Assembly: GCA_964637295.1 (NCBI GenBank)
Contig: CAZWWE010000005.1
Coordinates: 1-63,363, forward strand
From: an uncultured Pseudomonadales bacterium
Lineage (GTDB): Bacteria > Patescibacteriota > Microgenomatia > UBA1400 > PJMF01
DNA: 63,363 bases
Direction: 5' to 3'
Of the stretch, positions 1 through 9,261 are shown piece by piece; the stretch's first letter is position 1; every line of letters starts with the position of its first letter. Both the position numbers and the translations under genes were made by a program. Below the pieces are notes generated by a model that saw only the letters and a program-made list of their open reading frames with translations, was not told where the DNA came from and did no database searches.

Positions 1-1
1 A

Positions 2-1552
2 CAAACCTTGTTGCTTTTGTTGCTCGGCTTAATTATTATCTTGCGTCTACCAAATTTTTTTGAACTTTACTGGTATGGAGATGAAGCCATTTATTTAACT
101 CTAGGCAATGCTCTAAAACAGGGTGGCCAACTTTACACCACCATCATCGACCACAAAACTCCCTTAATTTATTATTTAGCCATGGTACCAAATCAACTCT
201 ATTTTCGCGTTCTAAATTTATGCTGGATGTTGGCCACAACTACTTTTTTCTTCTATTTCGCCAAAAAATTGTTCAAAAAAGAAAGCAAAGCTTTCTTAGC
301 CAGTTTAATTTTGGTGATTTTGACCAGCTTGCCCTGGCTTGAAGGCAACATTCCCAATGGCGAATTATTTGTCATGGGTTTCGTCATGCTTGGCGCGGTC
401 TTTTTTACACACAGCTCGATCTTCACTAATTTACTGCAAAAAGAACTTGTTTTTAAGCAAACTCTCAAAGATGGCTTAATCTTATCAGCTGCCGGGGCAA
501 TGATGGGTTTAGGCATTTTAACTAAAGTTCCCGCGCTTTTAGACGCAGCAGCTTTCTTGGCTATTTTTGCTTTGCTTTTTAGCAAAGTTTTATTTAACCC
601 CAAAAATGAAGCTAAAATGATCAAACAAAGTTTTTTTTATCTAGCCAATCGAGGACTTTTTTTTGGATTAGGACTAATTACACCCATTCTTATTTCGATC
701 CTTTATTTTGTTAGTAAAGGGCAAGGGCAAGATTATCTAGATTACGGATTGCTTTATAATTTTCGTTATAGTCAATCTTGGTCTCTAGACTTGGGCAATG
801 ACTTGCTCAATTTTGCTTTTAGCATGGCTGGCAAAACCATCATTTTATTTATCCTATTTTCATTGATTATTTTAAATCATGAGCAATTAAAAAAAAGTTT
901 CCAATTCATCAGTCTATATTTTATTTTTGCTTTATATTCGGTTCTATTATCCAATCGACCTTATCCCCATTATTTCATCCAAATGGTCCCCGCGCTCGCT
1001 CTGCTTTTGGTGGAAACATTTAGCACCTTGCAAACTATCTTGCGAAAACATAAACAAAAGAAAATTCTAGGCTTGGGCAAAACTTTAGTCTTAAGTGCAG
1101 GACTACTCTCCTTAACTATTTATATTATGTTGAGCTTAAATTTCAAACCTTACTCAACGGTCAAATATTACAAGCAATTTTATAAATATGCTACTTTGCA
1201 AATTAGTAAAGAAGAATATGAAAATTCTTTTGACAGCTTGGTGGCGGAAAACCGCCAAGTGAGCCAATTAATCAAAGAAATGGGTTTGAAAAAAATCTTT
1301 ATTTGGGGGACCAATCCTCTGCTTTATGCTCAAAGTCACACTATCCCCACTTCTCGTTTCACGGTTTCTTTTCACATTAAAGATTTTGGCGACCACGATC
1401 GCACTATGGCGCAAATCAGGCAAGAAAAACCCAAATTAATTATTGTCATGAACAATGAAACAGATAATTTTCCTCAACTAACTAGCTATTTACAAGAATT
1501 TTATTTAGAAAATAATGAATTCCAACACATGCGCTTGTATTTAAGAAAATGA
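2..1552 (+). CDS. GT-C type glycosyltransferase, family 39 / ArnT-PMT-like (5' partial)
   Basis: Track ORF 8..1552. The frame stays open to the window start. More than 10 hydrophobic helices. YGDEAIY acidic first-loop motif is typical of polyprenyl-phosphate-sugar dependent GT-C enzymes. Confidence 0.7.
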   Translation, partial: QTLLLLLLGLIIILRLPNFFELYWYGDEAIYLTLGNALKQGGQLYTTIIDHKTPLIYYLAMVPNQLYFRVLNLCWMLATTTFFFYFAKKLFKKESKAFLASLILVILTSLPWLEGNIPNGELFVMGFVMLGAVFFTHSSIFTNLLQKELVFKQTLKDGLILSAAGAMMGLGILTKVPALLDAAAFLAIFALLFSKVLFNPKNEAKMIKQSFFYLANRGLFFGLGLITPILISILYFVSKGQGQDYLDYGLLYNFRYSQSWSLDLGNDLLNFAFSMAGKTIILFILFSLIILNHEQLKKSFQFISLYFIFALYSVLLSNRPYPHYFIQMVPALALLLVETFSTLQTILRKHKQKKILGLGKTLVLSAGLLSLTIYIMLSLNFKPYSTVKYYKQFYKYATLQISKEEYENSFDSLVAENRQVSQLIKEMGLKKIFIWGTNPLLYAQSHTIPTSRFTVSFHIKDFGDHDRTMAQIRQEKPKLIIVMNNETDNFPQLTSYLQEFYLENNEFQHMRLYLRK

Positions 1553-1553
1553 T

Positions 1554-1934
1554 ATGGAATTAACTTTTAGAACTGAAAGAAAAAAAACTGGTTTTCGTTA
1601 TTTAACTTTTTTACCCAAAAGTCTGCGAGCCTTGGGTTTGTTGGCTCTCATTTTTAATTTATTAAATTTTTTGTTTGCCTTATTTTTCTTCAATTCTTTG
1701 CAAAAAGTGGTTCCGCTTTTTTATTCGCTCGCTAGTGATCAACAATTAGTGAACAAAATTTATATTTTTGTTTTACCAGCTTTGGCTACTTTAATTAATT
1801 TATCGCATTTTTTGTTTACTTATTTCAAAAAAGAAATCAACAGCAATCTTTTAAAAATGTTTTTACAGGTTACTTTATTATTGCAAGTTTTGCTTTTGGC
1901 GATTTTGCTTAGAATCATTATAATAATTTCTTAA
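1554..1934 (+). CDS. small integral membrane protein, unknown function
   Basis: 126-aa hydrophobic ORF. It starts 2 nt after the upstream stop, and its stop overlaps the next start (TAATG), which suggests operon coupling. Confidence 0.55.
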   Translation: MELTFRTERKKTGFRYLTFLPKSLRALGLLALIFNLLNFLFALFFFNSLQKVVPLFYSLASDQQLVNKIYIFVLPALATLINLSHFLFTYFKKEINSNLLKMFLQVTLLLQVLLLAILLRIIIIIS

Positions 1935-2983
1935 TGTGGTCTTTTCTAAGTAGTTTTTTATTTGCTTTATTGATTACACCTTTGATTATTCGTTTTTATC
2001 GTCGACATCATTGGGTAGATGATCCACAAAAAAATTTGCATGTCAAAAAAACTCACTCTGAGGCCGTTCCTAGAGGTGGAGGTTTGGTAATTTTTACTGC
2101 TACTTTGTTTGGCGCATTGTTGATTTTGAATTTTGATAGATATTTATGGGCTATTTTTCTAGGAGCAGGCCTACTGAGCCTGATTGGTTTTATTGATGAT
2201 CTTTATGACATTAGCCCATATGCGAGATTGGCGACCGGTTTGCTCGCCAGCTTAATTGTGGTGGGGGCAGGCATTGGCATTGCTTACGTGAGCAATCCCT
2301 TGGGTTCAGGGGTAATTCACCTAGATCAACCACAATTCAATTTTATGCTCTTTGGCGAAAGGCGCTCCATATGGATCTTATCGAGCCTCTTTGCTATTTT
2401 TTTCATCATGTGGAATATGAATATCATTAATTGGGCCAAAGGCGTAGATGGCCAATTGCCAGGCTTTGTCGCCGTATCATGTCTTTTTATCGCCATTTTG
2501 GCCAATCGTTTTGCAGATAACCCGACTCAGTTTAATGTCGCCAATTTAGCTTTGATTGTTGCCGGTGCTTTTACCGGCTTATTAGTCTGGAATTTTTATC
2601 CGCAAAAAATCATGCCTGGCTATGGAGCTGGCTCGCTGGCTGGTTATTTTCTCAGCGTCTTAGCAATTTTATCTGGCGCCAAAGTCGCTACCACCCTGAT
2701 GGTGCTCGCTATTCCTACCGCCGATGGCATTTTTACTATTGTGAGACGGCTAGCGGCTGGCAAATCACCCTTTTGGGGTGACAGAGGGCATCTCCACCAT
2801 AAATTGATAGATTATTATGGCTGGGGTCGCAGAAGAATAGCAGTCTTTTACATTTTAAGTAGTGCTACCCTCGGTTTTTTGTCGCTTTATCTAAACACCT
2901 TGGGTAAAATTATTGCCATAACAACAACTTCTCTAATTGTTTTTGGCTTTTTGGTATATAGTAAAATTAAACAACATGGATAA
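1934..2983 (+). CDS. polyprenyl-phosphate HexNAc-1-phosphate transferase (GT4, MraY/WecA family)
   Basis: 349 aa and multi-TM. NMNIINWAKGVDGQLPG resembles the NxxNxxDGxDGL motif of the MraY/WecA family. Confidence 0.8.
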   Translation: MWSFLSSFLFALLITPLIIRFYRRHHWVDDPQKNLHVKKTHSEAVPRGGGLVIFTATLFGALLILNFDRYLWAIFLGAGLLSLIGFIDDLYDISPYARLATGLLASLIVVGAGIGIAYVSNPLGSGVIHLDQPQFNFMLFGERRSIWILSSLFAIFFIMWNMNIINWAKGVDGQLPGFVAVSCLFIAILANRFADNPTQFNVANLALIVAGAFTGLLVWNFYPQKIMPGYGAGSLAGYFLSVLAILSGAKVATTLMVLAIPTADGIFTIVRRLAAGKSPFWGDRGHLHHKLIDYYGWGRRRIAVFYILSSATLGFLSLYLNTLGKIIAITTTSLIVFGFLVYSKIKQHG

Positions 2984-3929
2984 ACTCATTTTTCTTTTAA
3001 TCAAATCTTTTCGACCCAAGCAGTGGTTAAAAAATTTCGCCCTCTATGCCGCTTTGGTTTTTTCTGGCTTTTTTTTCTATCAAGAAAAAGGACAATGGCC
3101 TTATTTTGTGATCGTGAGTTACGCGTTTATCATTTTTTGTATTTTAACTTCCAGTATTTATTTAATTAACGATTTATTTGACATCGAATCAGATCGCAAA
3201 CATCCTTTTAAGAAAAATCGACCACTCGCTTCTGGTAAATTACCCATTCCGATCGCTATTTTTAGCGTGGTGACGGGTTTAGCTTTAGTTTTTTTCCTAT
3301 CACTGAATTTACCTGATTTTTTCAAAATACTAGTCTTGGCTTATTTCATTTTGCAAACTCTCTATTCTAGTAAGCTTAAACATTACGCCATTTTTGACAT
3401 TATTGCCATTGCCCTAGGCTTTCTGATTAGGGTCTATGCCGGAGCAGTGGTGGTCAATCTACACATGAATGTTTGGTTTTTATTGACAGTGATTTCTGTA
3501 TCTCTGTTTATGGCTGTGGGTAAAAGACAAAGTGAAAGAACTTTGCTTAGCAATAACCATGTTGAATTCGCTAGATTAAGTTTAAAAAAATATAGTCAAA
3601 GATTACTTGATCAATACACCGCGGTTTTTGCTACTTCTACCTGGTTAACTTACGCCATTTTTACTTTTCAAAGCTATACTAGCCAAGGTGTTAACTTACT
3701 TTACGAAAAGTTTCCAGAATTATATTTTATTTTGCCAAAAACACTGCAGTCTCAAAAGCTATTAATGCTCAGTCTTCCCTTTGTTATTTTTGGAGTGATG
3801 AGATATTTACAGTTGATTTATGAAGAAAATAAAGGTGAAGCTCCAGAGGATATTTTACTCAAAGATAAGCCTTTATTAATTACTGTGTTTGTTTGGCTGC
3901 TGCTAGTTTTATTTTTGATTTACGCTTAA
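2976..3929 (+). CDS. UbiA-family prenyl-phosphate phosphoribosyltransferase-like (DPPR synthase / Rv3806c-like)
   Basis: NDLFDIESDRKHPFKKNRPLASG fits NDxxDxxxDRxHPxKxxRPxAxG of decaprenyl-phosphate phosphoribosyltransferases. Start moved to the internal ATG (MDKLIF) to avoid overlap with the upstream gene. Confidence 0.7.
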   Translation: MDKLIFLLIKSFRPKQWLKNFALYAALVFSGFFFYQEKGQWPYFVIVSYAFIIFCILTSSIYLINDLFDIESDRKHPFKKNRPLASGKLPIPIAIFSVVTGLALVFFLSLNLPDFFKILVLAYFILQTLYSSKLKHYAIFDIIAIALGFLIRVYAGAVVVNLHMNVWFLLTVISVSLFMAVGKRQSERTLLSNNHVEFARLSLKKYSQRLLDQYTAVFATSTWLTYAIFTFQSYTSQGVNLLYEKFPELYFILPKTLQSQKLLMLSLPFVIFGVMRYLQLIYEENKGEAPEDILLKDKPLLITVFVWLLLVLFLIYA

Positions 3930-4487
3930 GAATTCCATCAATAAATTAATCGGCAAACCATGACTAAAAGCAGTTAAATTGCCGTTAATGCTTTCGATTA
4001 AGGCCATGCCGCTATCATAAGCAGGAGAAAAAGCCGCTGACCAGGTTAAAACTGGCTCGCTTGTAACGTATCTTTCGATTTCATCTCTGCTCAGACGGCG
4101 CATTTTGACCATCACTTTTTCACAGCCACTCACTTGCGTGTTTGACTTGGTGTTGAGAAAAGCATAGCCAGTCAAAACCTCTATCTTTTTATCGGACTGA
4201 AAAGCCAACATTTCTCTAGCTTCATCCAAACTTTTTGGTTTCTCTAAGATTCTCCCTTGTAAGTAACAAAAAGTGTCAGCGGCGATAATGATTGCCTCTT
4301 TGTAATTTGCAGCGATTTTTTCTGCTTTAGCTAAGGCGATTTTTTCTGCTTTGTCGTATTGATCAATGAAAGGTACTGCCTGTTCGTCAAGATCAGCTGG
4401 GAAAACTTCAATGGGCAGAGATATTGCAGCTTTTAATAATTTAAGACGTTGTTTGGACTGAGAAGCTAAGATAATTTTTCTAGGCAT
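3909..4487 (-). CDS. maf: Maf-like nucleoside triphosphate pyrophosphatase
   Basis: 192 aa. N-terminal ILASQSKQR and overall Maf-family pattern. Overlaps the trxB end by 8 nt. Confidence 0.8.
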   Translation of the reverse strand: MPRKIILASQSKQRLKLLKAAISLPIEVFPADLDEQAVPFIDQYDKAEKIALAKAEKIAANYKEAIIIAADTFCYLQGRILEKPKSLDEAREMLAFQSDKKIEVLTGYAFLNTKSNTQVSGCEKVMVKMRRLSRDEIERYVTSEPVLTWSAAFSPAYDSGMALIESINGNLTAFSHGLPINLLMEFLSVNQK

Positions 4488-5493
4488 AGTTGAGCAAATA
4501 ATGTTCTACGTCCAGAGCGGCTTGCGTACCTGTACCAGCAGAAACAATGGCTTGACGATAGCGATGATCAGCCACATCGCCAGCGGCAAACACACCGTCA
4601 ACGGAAGTTAGGGTTGAGTAAACTTCATGAGCTCTTAATTTGATATAGCCGGCGTGATCCAAATCAAGCTGATCAATAAATAAATTGGTACTTGGTTTAT
4701 GACCAATCGCTAAAAAGACTCCCTCTGCTGCTAATTCTTGCAGCTTACCTTTGGTTTCAATTTTAATTTTTTGCACCGTTTTGCCATCGCCCATAATTTC
4801 TTTCAAGTTGGTATTCCACATCACTTTAATGTTGGGGTTATTTAGCACTCTTTCCTGCATGATTTTGCTGGCTCTAAAAGTTTCACCGCGATAAAGAATA
4901 GTAACTCTATCGGTAAATTTAGCTAAAGCCATAGCATCCTCCATGGCACTGTCGCCTCCACCTACCACATAAACATTTTTATCTTTGTAAAAAGCGGCGT
5001 CGCAAACTGCACAAGTACTGACTCCATGACCAAAATATTCTTGTTCACCAGGAATGCCTAGCATAATACTACTGGCTCCGGTGGCGACGATAATTACATC
5101 TGCTTGATAGTTAGCTTCGCTTTGACGAATTTGTGTCATCGCTTCTAATAACTCTTGGCGACTTAAAGACTGAAACTTTTTGTGATCCATGCCTTCTGGC
5201 AAACTTGTCCAGAGCGAAAAAGGTTTTTTGGAAAAATCAACCGCAGTGATGAACTCATATTTAAGATCAGTGCCAAAGCGGGCGGCTTGTTTTTGCAGAT
5301 CCATCATCAACATCGGACCGGACTTACCTTCTGGAAAACCAGGAAAATTTTCGATGTCGGTGGTGTACATCAACTGTCCACCAATTTCCATGCCAGCAAA
5401 AAGAGTAGTTTCTAAACGTGCTCTAGAAGTATAGATCGCCGCTGTTAATCCAGCAGGACCAGAACCGATAATGGCTAATTTTAGTTTCAGCAT
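4480..5493 (-). CDS. trxB: thioredoxin-disulfide reductase
   Basis: GSGPAG FAD motif, CAVCD redox-active disulfide, GGGDSA NADPH motif. Confidence 0.92.
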   Translation of the reverse strand: MLKLKLAIIGSGPAGLTAAIYTSRARLETTLFAGMEIGGQLMYTTDIENFPGFPEGKSGPMLMMDLQKQAARFGTDLKYEFITAVDFSKKPFSLWTSLPEGMDHKKFQSLSRQELLEAMTQIRQSEANYQADVIIVATGASSIMLGIPGEQEYFGHGVSTCAVCDAAFYKDKNVYVVGGGDSAMEDAMALAKFTDRVTILYRGETFRASKIMQERVLNNPNIKVMWNTNLKEIMGDGKTVQKIKIETKGKLQELAAEGVFLAIGHKPSTNLFIDQLDLDHAGYIKLRAHEVYSTLTSVDGVFAAGDVADHRYRQAIVSAGTGTQAALDVEHYLLNYA

Positions 5494-5516
5494 GATAGAA
5501 ATTCCTTTTCTTTATT

Positions 5517-5843
5517 TTAACCTGCCAAAGCTTTGTCTACCATAGCTTTAAGAGCAGCTTCTCCAGGAAAACCAGTTTGTCTGTCTACTTCTTGACCATC
5601 TTTGAAAACAACAAAAGTGGGAATACTCATTACAGAGTATTTCATGGCTGGTTCACGAGCTTGATCCACATCAACTTTGACGATGGAAGCTTTACCTGCA
5701 TAATTCTCTGCCATTTTATCGACGATTGGCGCCGACATTTGGCAAGGACCACACCAAGTAGCGAAAAAATCTACTAGAACAACACCCTTAACGTCTTCTA
5801 CACTGCTTTGAAAATTACTATTATCTAAATGAATTGCACTCAT
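5517..5843 (-). CDS. trxA: thioredoxin
   Basis: 108 aa with WCGPC active site. Confidence 0.92.
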   Translation of the reverse strand: MSAIHLDNSNFQSSVEDVKGVVLVDFFATWCGPCQMSAPIVDKMAENYAGKASIVKVDVDQAREPAMKYSVMSIPTFVVFKDGQEVDRQTGFPGEAALKAMVDKALAG

Positions 5844-5871
5844 TTTTACCTTTCTAATATTTAAGTATTAA

Positions 5872-6117
5872 TTAATAACGCAAAAGTTCCTTCAGGACTA
5901 AGTCTAATTGCCTGCAATTATTATCTTTGGAGCAAGTACTCGCTTCGCTGGTGAGAATGTCGCGAGCCACCCTAGAAATAGAGTTGCGAGCGGCAGCCAG
6001 TTGACGGGCGATTTCGATGCATGGTCTTTTTTCCTCATACATTTTGGCTACACCGTCAATTTGACCACTGATGCGATTTAAAGAAACAGCTATGGAATCT
6101 TTTTTAACTTGCTTCAT
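5872..6117 (-). CDS. CsoR/RcnR-family metal/thiol-sensing transcriptional repressor (non-copper fingerprint)
   Basis: 81-aa helical protein with the DUF156-like pattern (RISGQIDGV..., Cys33 and Cys62). Start set at MKQVKKD because the longer track ORF covers its own promoter and operator. Confidence 0.75.
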   Translation of the reverse strand: MKQVKKDSIAVSLNRISGQIDGVAKMYEEKRPCIEIARQLAAARNSISRVARDILTSEASTCSKDNNCRQLDLVLKELLRY

Positions 6118-6125
6118 GTCTTTAT

Positions 6126-6153
6126 GATATACCGGTAGGGGGTATGTTGACAA
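6126..6153 (-). promoter_or_regulatory. sigma70-like promoter with embedded ATACC-N7-GGTAT operator (autoregulation candidate)
   Basis: Minus strand reads TTGTCA-16 nt-TATATC, then 8 nt to the ATG. The palindrome ATACCCCCTACCGGTAT (6129-6145) fills the spacer and overlaps the -10. Confidence 0.5.
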
Positions 6154-6178
6154 GAGGCAAATTTTGGCAAATTTATCA

Positions 6179-7996
6179 TTAATCTAGTTTTTTAATGGCT
6201 GCTTGTTTTTGAATGATAAGCGCTAATAATTCATCGAGTTTTTTTTCTTCTTCTTCCGTTCTTTTCAAACTACTGTCTAGCTGACTAATTTCCTCGTTAA
6301 TTAACATAATTTCTCGACGCAACGATTCTTTTTTCACGGTCGATAAAACTGCTTGCCATTCTTTTTCTAAATCATTTTCTTGCAGGTTTTTTTCATTTTC
6401 TGGATTAAGCAAAACATCCATGAGAATCTTTTTTAAGTCTTCTGCCAAGTTAGTTGAAAAACTTTGTAAATTGAAATTATTTTTAACTAGTAAAAGTTGC
6501 TTAAGAATTTCTTTGAAGCCACTGCTTTTGAATTCAAAATCACTAAGTGAGGCGGCCTTTTCTTTGATTAATTCGGCAGGAAAACTAAATAGTAAAAACA
6601 ACATGTATTCTTCATTGCGCTCTTGGTAACTCTTTAGCGTGCTAGCAACAACTGACTCGCCTGCTGTTTTTGCTTGACTGAGCAAACTTTTCTTTTGTCC
6701 AAATTTTTTAATATCTTCTTTTAACAGGGATTCTTTGACGTTGAGAACAATGGATAATTTCTGCAAATAGAATTCTTTTTCTACGCTGTGATCAATGGTT
6801 TCCAAAATTGGCGCCAAACGATTGATAATTTTTCTTTTACCATCGGCAGTTTTGGGATCATGTGATTCTATGGCGTGATTGAATAAAAATTCATAAACAG
6901 AAACCGCGCTCTCCACCGCCTGCCTCCAGACTTTAGGCTTTTCTCTGGCTAAATCATCAGGATCTTTAATTTTATCTTCTTCTTTTAAGAAATCTAAATG
7001 CTTTAAATCAATTACTCTTAGATCAATGCCTTTGGCTTTGACTATTTCAATGGCACGCTCTGTAGCTTTGATGCCAGCTTCATCGGCGTCAAGAGAAAGA
7101 ATAATTGTTTTGGCTACTCTAGAGAGCAGGTTGACCTGATCAGTGGTTAAAGCTGAACCTTTGATCGCTACGACATTATTAACATGGGCTTGAGTAGAGG
7201 AAATCATGTCAAATTCGCCCTCAACCACAACCACTTGTTCCTTCTTTTTAATTTCTCTAAAAAGTTCACTGTAACCATAGAGCATTTTGGATTTGTGATA
7301 AAGCAAAGTTTCAGGGGAGTTGATGTATTTAGCTTCTTTGGGAGATTGGCTAAGTAAGCGACCAGAAAAACCTACTACCTGACCACGATGATTTTTGAGT
7401 GGAAAAATTAAACGTTCGCGAAAACGATCATAATAGCCGCCGTTGCGTCCTTTGATAATTAGGCCCGTTTTTTCAATTAGATCTAGGGGAAATTTCTTTT
7501 TGTGATGCAAATATTTGAGCAAAGAATCCCAGGCGTTAGTGGCAAAACCTAGTTGAAAAATTTTAATCGATTCGTTAGTAATATCGCGATTTTGCAAATA
7601 ATCCCGCCCAATTTGACCAACCTCATGCTTGGTTAAAAGAAAATGATAATATTCCTTGGCAAAACTCATAATTTCTAAGAGTTTCTCTCGCTCTTCATCA
7701 TCCTGACTTTTTTGAAATTCTTTTAATTGGATTCCGGCTCGATCGGCCAAAGTTTTTAAAGCTTCATAAAAAGTAATGCCTTCAAAATTTTGCAAAAAAT
7801 CTAACACATCACCATTAGCTCCACAACCAAAACAGCGATAGCGTTGTAAACCGGGATTCACAAAAAAAGATGGGGTTTTTTCACTGTGAAAAGGACAACA
7901 AGCTCTGTAATTGGCCCCAGAATTTTCTAGCTTAATCTTCTCTGCGACAATCTCGACTATGTTAGTCGCATCTTTCACTTCTTTAATCTGTGACAT
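6179..7996 (-). CDS. dnaG: DNA primase
   Basis: CPFHSEKTPSF zinc-finger motif and a TOPRIM region (VVVEGEFDMIS); 605 aa. Confidence 0.92.
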   Translation of the reverse strand: MSQIKEVKDATNIVEIVAEKIKLENSGANYRACCPFHSEKTPSFFVNPGLQRYRCFGCGANGDVLDFLQNFEGITFYEALKTLADRAGIQLKEFQKSQDDEEREKLLEIMSFAKEYYHFLLTKHEVGQIGRDYLQNRDITNESIKIFQLGFATNAWDSLLKYLHHKKKFPLDLIEKTGLIIKGRNGGYYDRFRERLIFPLKNHRGQVVGFSGRLLSQSPKEAKYINSPETLLYHKSKMLYGYSELFREIKKKEQVVVVEGEFDMISSTQAHVNNVVAIKGSALTTDQVNLLSRVAKTIILSLDADEAGIKATERAIEIVKAKGIDLRVIDLKHLDFLKEEDKIKDPDDLAREKPKVWRQAVESAVSVYEFLFNHAIESHDPKTADGKRKIINRLAPILETIDHSVEKEFYLQKLSIVLNVKESLLKEDIKKFGQKKSLLSQAKTAGESVVASTLKSYQERNEEYMLFLLFSFPAELIKEKAASLSDFEFKSSGFKEILKQLLLVKNNFNLQSFSTNLAEDLKKILMDVLLNPENEKNLQENDLEKEWQAVLSTVKKESLRREIMLINEEISQLDSSLKRTEEEEKKLDELLALIIQKQAAIKKLD

Positions 7997-7998
7997 AT

Positions 7999-9120
7999 TT
8001 AAAGTATAAATTCCAAATAATTTTTAGAGTTTATTTCTTTGAAACTAGCATTTTGGTAAGTCTCAAGCCACAGCTTAGGAGCAGTGACATCTTTTTTCTG
8101 CCATTTAAATTCATAGCCAAATAGCTTGCCACTATTTTCTTCAATTAAATCAATTTCTTGCTGCTCATAAGTGCGCCAAAAATAATAATTAGTGCTAAAG
8201 TTTGCGTAAGAATTTTTCTTCATTCGCTCAATCATGAGGAAATTCTCCCATAGTTGACCTACGTCATTACGATCATCCAACTTATTGAAATTTGAAATTA
8301 AAGCATTGCGCACGCCTAAGTCAAAAAAGTAATATTTATTCATTTTGTTAACTTCATTGCGTAAATTGCGAGAAAAACCAGACAAAGGAAAGATAACAAA
8401 AGCTCGCTCAAGTAGATCCAAATACTTCATTACCGTCTTGTAATCAATTCCAACGTTACGAGCAATTTCAACCGTTGAAACTTCAGAACCAACTTGAAAA
8501 GCCAAGTGTTTAAGAATATTGAGAATTACCTTAGAATTTTTGATACCATCAAGCTCCAAAATGTCTTTGAGCAAATAAGAATTAGTGATTAATTTAATGA
8601 CTCGCTCTTTGTCTTCATACAAACGTTGATTAATCACCTCAGGAAAACTACCAAAACGCAAGTAAGATTCCAATTGATCTTTGAGCTCCGACCTAGACTG
8701 GCTAGCTAGCAATTCCTGCTGAGCAATGGGAAAAAGAGTCACCACATTTTTACGACCAGTCAAAGATTCAGCGGTTTTGGAAGCCAAGTCGAAAGAAGAA
8801 GAGCCAGTAGCAATAAAATAGCAATCTGGATATGCATCAACCATAAGCTTGAGAGCCAGGCCAATGTTCTGAATGCGCTGTGCCTCATCAATTACCAGCA
8901 ACTCATAATCACCCACAAAATTATGAGTAGAAGTCATGGTGCACTCTGACAAATCTGCTCCCACCTGCAAATCATCGCCAGTGACCATTTTGTAAGATAA
9001 CTTCGTGGAAGATAAAAATTCTTGAATTAAAGTGGTTTTACCTACTTGCCTAGCACCATAAATGATTAATACTTTGCCGGGCTGTAATTCTTCAGCAATT
9101 TCTTTAGTTCTTTTAATCAT
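7999..9120 (-). CDS. AAA+ ATPase with C-terminal DUF4143-like region
   Basis: Walker A GARQVGKTT, Walker B LLVIDEAQ. Architecture typical of AAA_14/DUF4143 proteins. Start at the internal MIKRTKE. Confidence 0.7.
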   Translation of the reverse strand: MIKRTKEIAEELQPGKVLIIYGARQVGKTTLIQEFLSSTKLSYKMVTGDDLQVGADLSECTMTSTHNFVGDYELLVIDEAQRIQNIGLALKLMVDAYPDCYFIATGSSSFDLASKTAESLTGRKNVVTLFPIAQQELLASQSRSELKDQLESYLRFGSFPEVINQRLYEDKERVIKLITNSYLLKDILELDGIKNSKVILNILKHLAFQVGSEVSTVEIARNVGIDYKTVMKYLDLLERAFVIFPLSGFSRNLRNEVNKMNKYYFFDLGVRNALISNFNKLDDRNDVGQLWENFLMIERMKKNSYANFSTNYYFWRTYEQQEIDLIEENSGKLFGYEFKWQKKDVTAPKLWLETYQNASFKEINSKNYLEFIL

Positions 9121-9156
9121 AAATAGATCATAGCACAAGTCAATTCCTGAGTCAAA

Positions 9157-9178
9157 TTGAAGGATCGCAATCCTTCAA
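9157..9178 (-). terminator. hairpin terminator candidate downstream of the 1084-aa gene
   Basis: Minus strand TTGAAGGAT-TGCG-ATCCTTCAA followed by TTTG. Confidence 0.45.
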
Positions 9179-9261
9179 TTTGGATAAATTAGAGGAATTA
9201 AATCCTTCACCTTAACATCGCTACTTGGTGAGCGATAAATTAGAAAATCTGAAAATAAATT

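Noticed and set aside
253-624. Antisense or overlapping short track ORFs inside longer genes. Examples: 253..624, 5182..5434, 5577..5777, 6420..6629, 11001..11237, 11699..11902, 13357..13611, 17320..17550, 19213..19449, 21427..21654, 24026..24223, 24400..24663, 24930..25115, 25458..25646, 25763..26032, 26461..26931, 27247..27522, 28026..28289, 28873..29058, 30468..31506, 31781..31987, 33364..33642, 39343..39525, 39763..39954, 40065..40340, 40488..40733, 42048..42230, 44733..44999, 45461..46096, 54902..55204, 55794..56081, 57352..57564, 58267..58589, 60134..60325, 61335..61755, 61955..62350, 62683..63094.
   Set aside because: Each lies within or opposite a longer ORF that has clear family motifs. 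They are low-complexity or AT-codon artefacts with no RBS and no motif.
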